64,000 nt of DNA from Amoebidium appalachense (Eukaryota; Protista; Ichthyosporea). Positions 58,711 to 64,000 of this stretch are shown in pieces. Numbering within the stretch: position 1 is the first letter of the stretch; each line of letters starts with the position of its first letter. The notes under the pieces were generated by a model. It did not search any database. It had not been told where the DNA came from and saw nothing but the letters and a program-made list of their open reading frames with translations. The stretch spans positions 620,001 through 684,000 of the forward strand of contig CAVNZM010000011.1 of NCBI GenBank assembly GCA_963693365.1, given 5' to 3'. A program made the translations under genes and the position numbers.

Positions 58711-59420
58711 ATCTGAGCTGCTTTCTTGTTGTTTCTTTGTTCGTCTGGCTCTTTAAAAAACAGGCTGTCGGCGGGCACTTGCCAAGGCTGCTGTCTCCCC
58801 TTCCCTCTTGGTGCGCTAGGCTATGAGAATGCGTTTTAATAAGAGCGTGTGTGCTGTGTGCGTGAACGCTTGTGCGTGTGCGTGTGCATGTGCGCGTGCG
58901 TGTGCGTGTGCGTGTGCGTGTGCGCGTGCGCGTCCGTGTGCGCCGGATCCAAGACTGTACAGTTCTTCCTCCCCTCCCCTCCCTGCCTTTTCAAAAACTT
59001 TGGAAGTTTGGAGGCCCCATGGCTCGAGGGGCTGATCAAGGCGGCGCCTCCTTGCACGGCCGTTCAGAGGGCCTTGCTCCTTGTCGGCCGCGGCCCGTGG
59101 AGATCCTGCACCGGCTCACACAGTACAGGAAGACTCACGGTATGTAGGCGGTAGTTGGATAAAAGGCTTTTTTAGTTACCTTATATAGCTATAAACTAGC
59201 TTTAACACTTATAATTAGCTAAAAGTCATGCTATTTACTGTCCGTACGTTTCAGTTATGACATTCGGAATTTCGAGCCCAACAACGCTACGTTTTGGCGG
59301 CAAAAGCACGGCCCTCTGAACACAAAAAGGGTGTGAAGTTTTTGGGCCTCCATCGCCGGGATACGTTTACTTATGGCTATGAACATCACGGGGCCAGATA
59401 CTGTGTGAGAGAAAACAAAT
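58711..59420. promoter_or_regulatory. Probable divergent promoter region between the 2H phosphoesterase gene and the BSDC1-like gene
   Basis: Head-to-head gene orientation, an AT-rich core at about 59155-59260, and a likely 5' UTR exon of the minus-strand gene ending at a GTGAGT donor (58709-58704). Confidence 0.45.
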
Positions 59421-60554
59421 ATGGACGACCAACCGGAGCTGCCAGCAGCAACGTAGGGCCCTTTTCTTTGTTTGTTCGCCCTCTTGGAAGAGGGTAGACA
59501 CTCACGTACAAATATGGGCACACACCATGTACATGCTTGCAGGAAGGTTATGGGTCTTGTGTGAGAGCTGTTGCAAGGTTTCATTGGCGCACAGGCTCGT
59601 GCATGCGTCTGCCCTACTATGGCTGTTCAAGCAAGTCCATCCACCTACGTGCTCATTGCTCACCAGTATAAGTGCACGCTTATTTACTACCCCCACACCA
59701 ACGGTTCTCGGATACGCCCGGAGCTACACGTAGACCTATTCGAACACGCTTGTGCACATAAACATACACATAAACAAGCACTCAGCACACGCAATCAAGC
59801 CTACCCCGTCTGCCTAAGCGCCCTAAACACTCTCTCTGCATCACTTCCTTCCTCACTTCTCTCCCGCCTTCCCGCCCTCCCTTGGAGGTCTCTCTCTTCC
59901 CCCCCCCTGGTGTCCCGCCCCTCCCTTATAACCCTCTCTCTCTCCCTCTCTGTGCCTTCCCCCGCCCCCTCTCTGCCCCTCCCTCCCCCCCCCCCACACG
60001 CGCGCACACACGCACACGCACACACACACACGCACACACACACACTTTCTCTCTTCCCATTCTCTTTCCTCTCAGTTTTTAACTATTCCCCTTTCTATCT
60101 GTCCGTAATTAGCCTTTTGCCTAACACCAGCACTCCTCTAGGCAACCCGAGAATGGGGCTGTGGAAGAAATAAAGCCGGTAGAGGCCCCAAAGGTGCCTG
60201 AGCAGCCGTCTGGGGGCAGCTGGTGGGGGTGGAATGTTATTTCCACCCTTAAGGCAAAGGTGCGTGTTCTGCTGCCTGCTTCACACATTTACCCGTTTGC
60301 TTACACACACACACGGTTACACACACACACACACACACACGGACGCACACACACTCATACACACGGACGCATACACACACACCCGCCCGCATGCCCGCAC
60401 GCACGCACACACACACGCACGCACGCACACACGCGTGCAAGGAACACACACATGCACGTATGGAACGCACGCACGCACACACACACGCACGTACGCTCAC
60501 ACACACACACGCACACACGCGCGCACACGTGCGCCCGCACACACGCACACACAC

Positions 60555-60604
<50 letters not shown>

Positions 60605-60701
60605 GCGCCACATCTGTCCCCTGGGACACTACCCACCTTCCGGTTTTCATGTTACCGTAATTATATCACGGCAGGCACCCCTCCGTATTTTAAGCTGATG
60701 T

Positions 60702-60740
<39 letters not shown>

Positions 60741-61419
60741 ACTCCCCTCAGCAGCCAAAACATAAACGCAAAAGAGTAACATTCATTGCACCGTGTCCCT
60801 TTTTCTCAACCCTCGTTCATACCCACTGGTCCGCCTGTACACATTCACTCACTGACTGACTCATCCACTTACGCACTCTCTGTCTCACTGACACACCCAC
60901 GCGCGCACGCGCACGCACACACACACACACACTCTCTCTCTCTCACCCACCCCCGCCCACCCCCACACCCGCCACCACCCTCCCCCCCCCCACGCCCACC
61001 CAGGCAGAGGAGGTAGTTGAAGCAGCAGCAGGGGACCTTGGTGAGCTGGTAGAGACAACCAGTAAGAACTTGGACGACCTGATAGTGGCCACAAAGAAGG
61101 ATTTGGGCGAGTTTGTGGCTACAGTCGAGACGGAGGCTGTGTCGGTGGTGTCTGAGGCTGCAACTGCACTGTCAGGCAAGGAGGGAGGTATGGTGTCTAT
61201 GTGGTTATGTGTGTGGGGGGGGGGTGGGGGGGGGGGGGGGGGGAGGGATGAACGGTGGGGTTGAGGTGGGAAGGGGTTTGTGTGAGGCAGGGGAGGGGGG
61301 GGGGAGGGGGGGAGGGGGGGAAGGGGGAAGGGGGAGGCAGGGGAGAGAGAGGAGCTCGGGTTCGCGTATCCTTTTTTTTGCTCCCGGTGGTGGTGGGGGC
61401 TGGGGCTGGGGAAGAAGAA

Positions 61420-61452
<33 letters not shown>

Positions 61453-62283
61453 GGAGGAGTGTGGACTGCTGGGTTGGTTTAAGTGAACACTTAATCTGTT
61501 GTTGGACAGCCTATATCAAACCGACACCAGCAATGTCAACTGGTCATGGTTCGAAGCACTGACGTTTTTCGGTGTGTGTAGCATGAAATGTAAGGGGATG
61601 TTATGTCAATAACTGGGACCAGCTATAACCGGTGTATCACGATGCCCATGTTGATAGTTGGGATGTGCACACCTGCGGAGGTTCACTTCTTTTTTTTTTT
61701 CATGTTTCTAGCCACCGGTCTTTCAATGAGGGGGCCGCAGACTAATGCCACACTCTGACTGCTGATTGGGGGGGCAGAGGGTGGGGTTGGTGGGTGGCTG
61801 GCCAGTCTGGCTGATGACAGGAAATCACCTGCGGAGGAGCCCAGAAACCTGCCTGCTGGGTACGTGATCCGGGGAAAGGGGGGGGGGGGGGGGGGGGAGT
61901 GGAAGGGTGGGTGGGTGGAAGGGTGGGGGGGGGGGGGGGGGGGGGGAAGGGGGGGTCACGTGTGGGAGAAAGGGAGGGACGATGTTGCAATACTTATGGG
62001 TCGATGGGTGGGTGTTTGTGTGTGTATGGATGTGTGGGATGCGAACTTCTATATTAGCTGTGCAGTGAATACGTGCAACATTCCGAGTGGCCCTGGACCT
62101 TGTTGGCTCCAGTCTTGCACTACGATCCCGTGTAGCCGGGAAAGCACCTGCTCTATGCTTGCTGATCTCTAGCCAATCATATTGCCCAGTGGCTCGATTG
62201 GCTCGCGTGATTTTTGCACTTTGAGTCGCCGGCCCATTCTGTTTCTTGATGCATTCATGTTAGCCCCATTCCCATCCTACTCC

Positions 62284-62315
<32 letters not shown>

Positions 62316-63052
62316 ATACACACACACATACACCACGATCACCACCACCACCACTACCACCAATTATGCAAATGTTTGTAGGGCAGTGAACTTGTGCAAT
62401 GTCCCCCCCCCCCCCCCTCCCCCCCGTTTCCCGAAACCAAGTATTCAATTGCCTGTACGGCTGTGAACTGGTGCACTGTGTTCTCATCCCCCCCTCCAGC
62501 TATGACCGCCGGGTGCTCCACATTCAGGCCCTGCAGGCCAACCCCGCCACCTTCGTCACTGAGCCCGAGGATGCGTAGGCCTCCCCTCTCCCTTCCCTCG
62601 TTCACAAGAAAGCCCTTACATTCATATACTCCCCCCCCCCCCCCCCCCCCCCCCGCCCCCTTTACCTCCCCTCCCCCCCATACATCCCCCCCCCCCCCCC
62701 CCCCGCGCGCCTTCCCTCGGACCGACGCACCCATTCATCCTCCAACCTTTCTCACTTCACTTTCTACCAGTAAAGGACACGCTTACACCAAACAAAAGAC
62801 AGGGTCAATCCCCACACAGTCTTTTTCCTCCCCTCCACCCACGACTGTCCCTCTGCCCACCTGAATCTTTTTGCAGCTACATGTTGGGTGCCCTCGCCGG
62901 CTTCCACATTTGCATGCACCAGTGCTGAGCTTGTTGATACAGGGATGACTATGGGGCCTGGGAGAAGGGCATCAACCTAGACCAGCGCACAGATGAAATT
63001 GCTGCCCTGGTCTCCGAGTCAAGTGCACTCAGAGCCGCACAGGCAAACCTGG
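59421..63052 (+). CDS. BSDC1: BSD domain-containing protein 1-like (5' part; the remainder probably lies beyond the window)
   Basis: Exons 59421-59452, 60142-60259, 61004-61187, 61778-61859, 62500-62574 and 62943-63052 splice in frame. Motifs GGSWWGW..., [27 protein letters not shown] and [19 protein letters not shown] match BSDC1/Dos2 upstream of the BSD domain. Confidence 0.8.
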
Positions 63053-63063
63053 GTACGTGCTGC

Positions 63064-63095
<32 letters not shown>

Positions 63096-63113
63096 CCCCC
63101 TTCCCCCGGGGCC

Positions 63114-63185
<72 letters not shown>

Positions 63186-63803
63186 TGGGCACACGCACAC
63201 ACACGGCTCTCGTTTCCCTCGGATACGGAGGTCCCTCCTCCTCCCCCCACCATCTGCATAATGCGCAGCATCACACCCAGGTATCCACACATGCACATCT
63301 GCCATACTCGACCTTACGCTGCTGCCCTCTCCCACCTGTCCTTCTATCTCCATACAGACAACAATGCAACTGTCACTTGTGCATGTGCACATGGGGATGG
63401 ATGATGATTTTCAGGACGACAGCACACTCTGCATGTGCATGCACACACAGCTACACACACACAGTTACGCATTTGAGTCCACCCACACCATACACACAGT
63501 TAAACACTGGAGTGCACACATTCCTAACCAAAACGGAGTGCATGCAGGCACACGGGCACAGTTACACACTTGGGCGTGTGCAGACACACACACTCAACGA
63601 CCAGTTGCATGCCTTGCAAAGTGCATACGAACACACATGCATAGCTTCACATTTGGGTGACACACACACACACACACACACAGTCTCACTTAAGTGCATG
63701 GAGACCAACTTCCACCCACACATACTGGCATAAGACCACGGTGTGCAGGCTTGTTCAGTTTTGGTGTACAGCAATGACGACGGAGTGGCAGAAAACGGAG
63801 GGT

Positions 63804-63843
<40 letters not shown>

Positions 63844-64000
63844 TAAGGGAGTTCAGTCAGGCTATATGCGAGGGATCTGGGGAGAGGCAGGGACCTGTTT
63901 TGTTGGGTTGGGGGTTAGGGGGAAGGGGGCATCTGCGGTGATTGTTAGTGCAGTTGAGAATATGTGGTTGAGTGGGGGGAAAGAAGAAGGGGGGGGGGGG

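Overview
Intron-rich eukaryotic genomic DNA with GT-AG introns, CTAAC/CTGAC branch points, and introns full of poly-C/poly-G runs and (CA/TG)n. It is most consistent with a unicellular opisthokont such as an ichthyosporean, but that is inference only. Most ORFs in the six-frame track are low-complexity artefacts. Splicing by hand gives six protein-coding genes: HEATR1/UTP10 (+, 345-22926, about 40 exons), mitoribosomal mL49 (-), ATG4 protease (-), an RGS-globin fusion gene (-, 42551-44343), an RGG-tailed AKAP7-like 2H phosphoesterase (-), and the 5' part of a BSDC1-like gene (+). Mobile DNA includes a 5'-truncated RT-RNase H-CCHC LINE with a poly(A) tail and target-site duplication, plus several MITE-like elements. 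The most interesting item is the RGS-globin fusion, a candidate heme/gas-regulated GAP for G-alpha with a tail carrying PKA sites. Next are an 86-bp perfect inverted repeat upstream of ATG4 and a 79-bp tandem triplication of the HEATR1 stop-codon region. All identifications come from motif recognition; no database searches were run.
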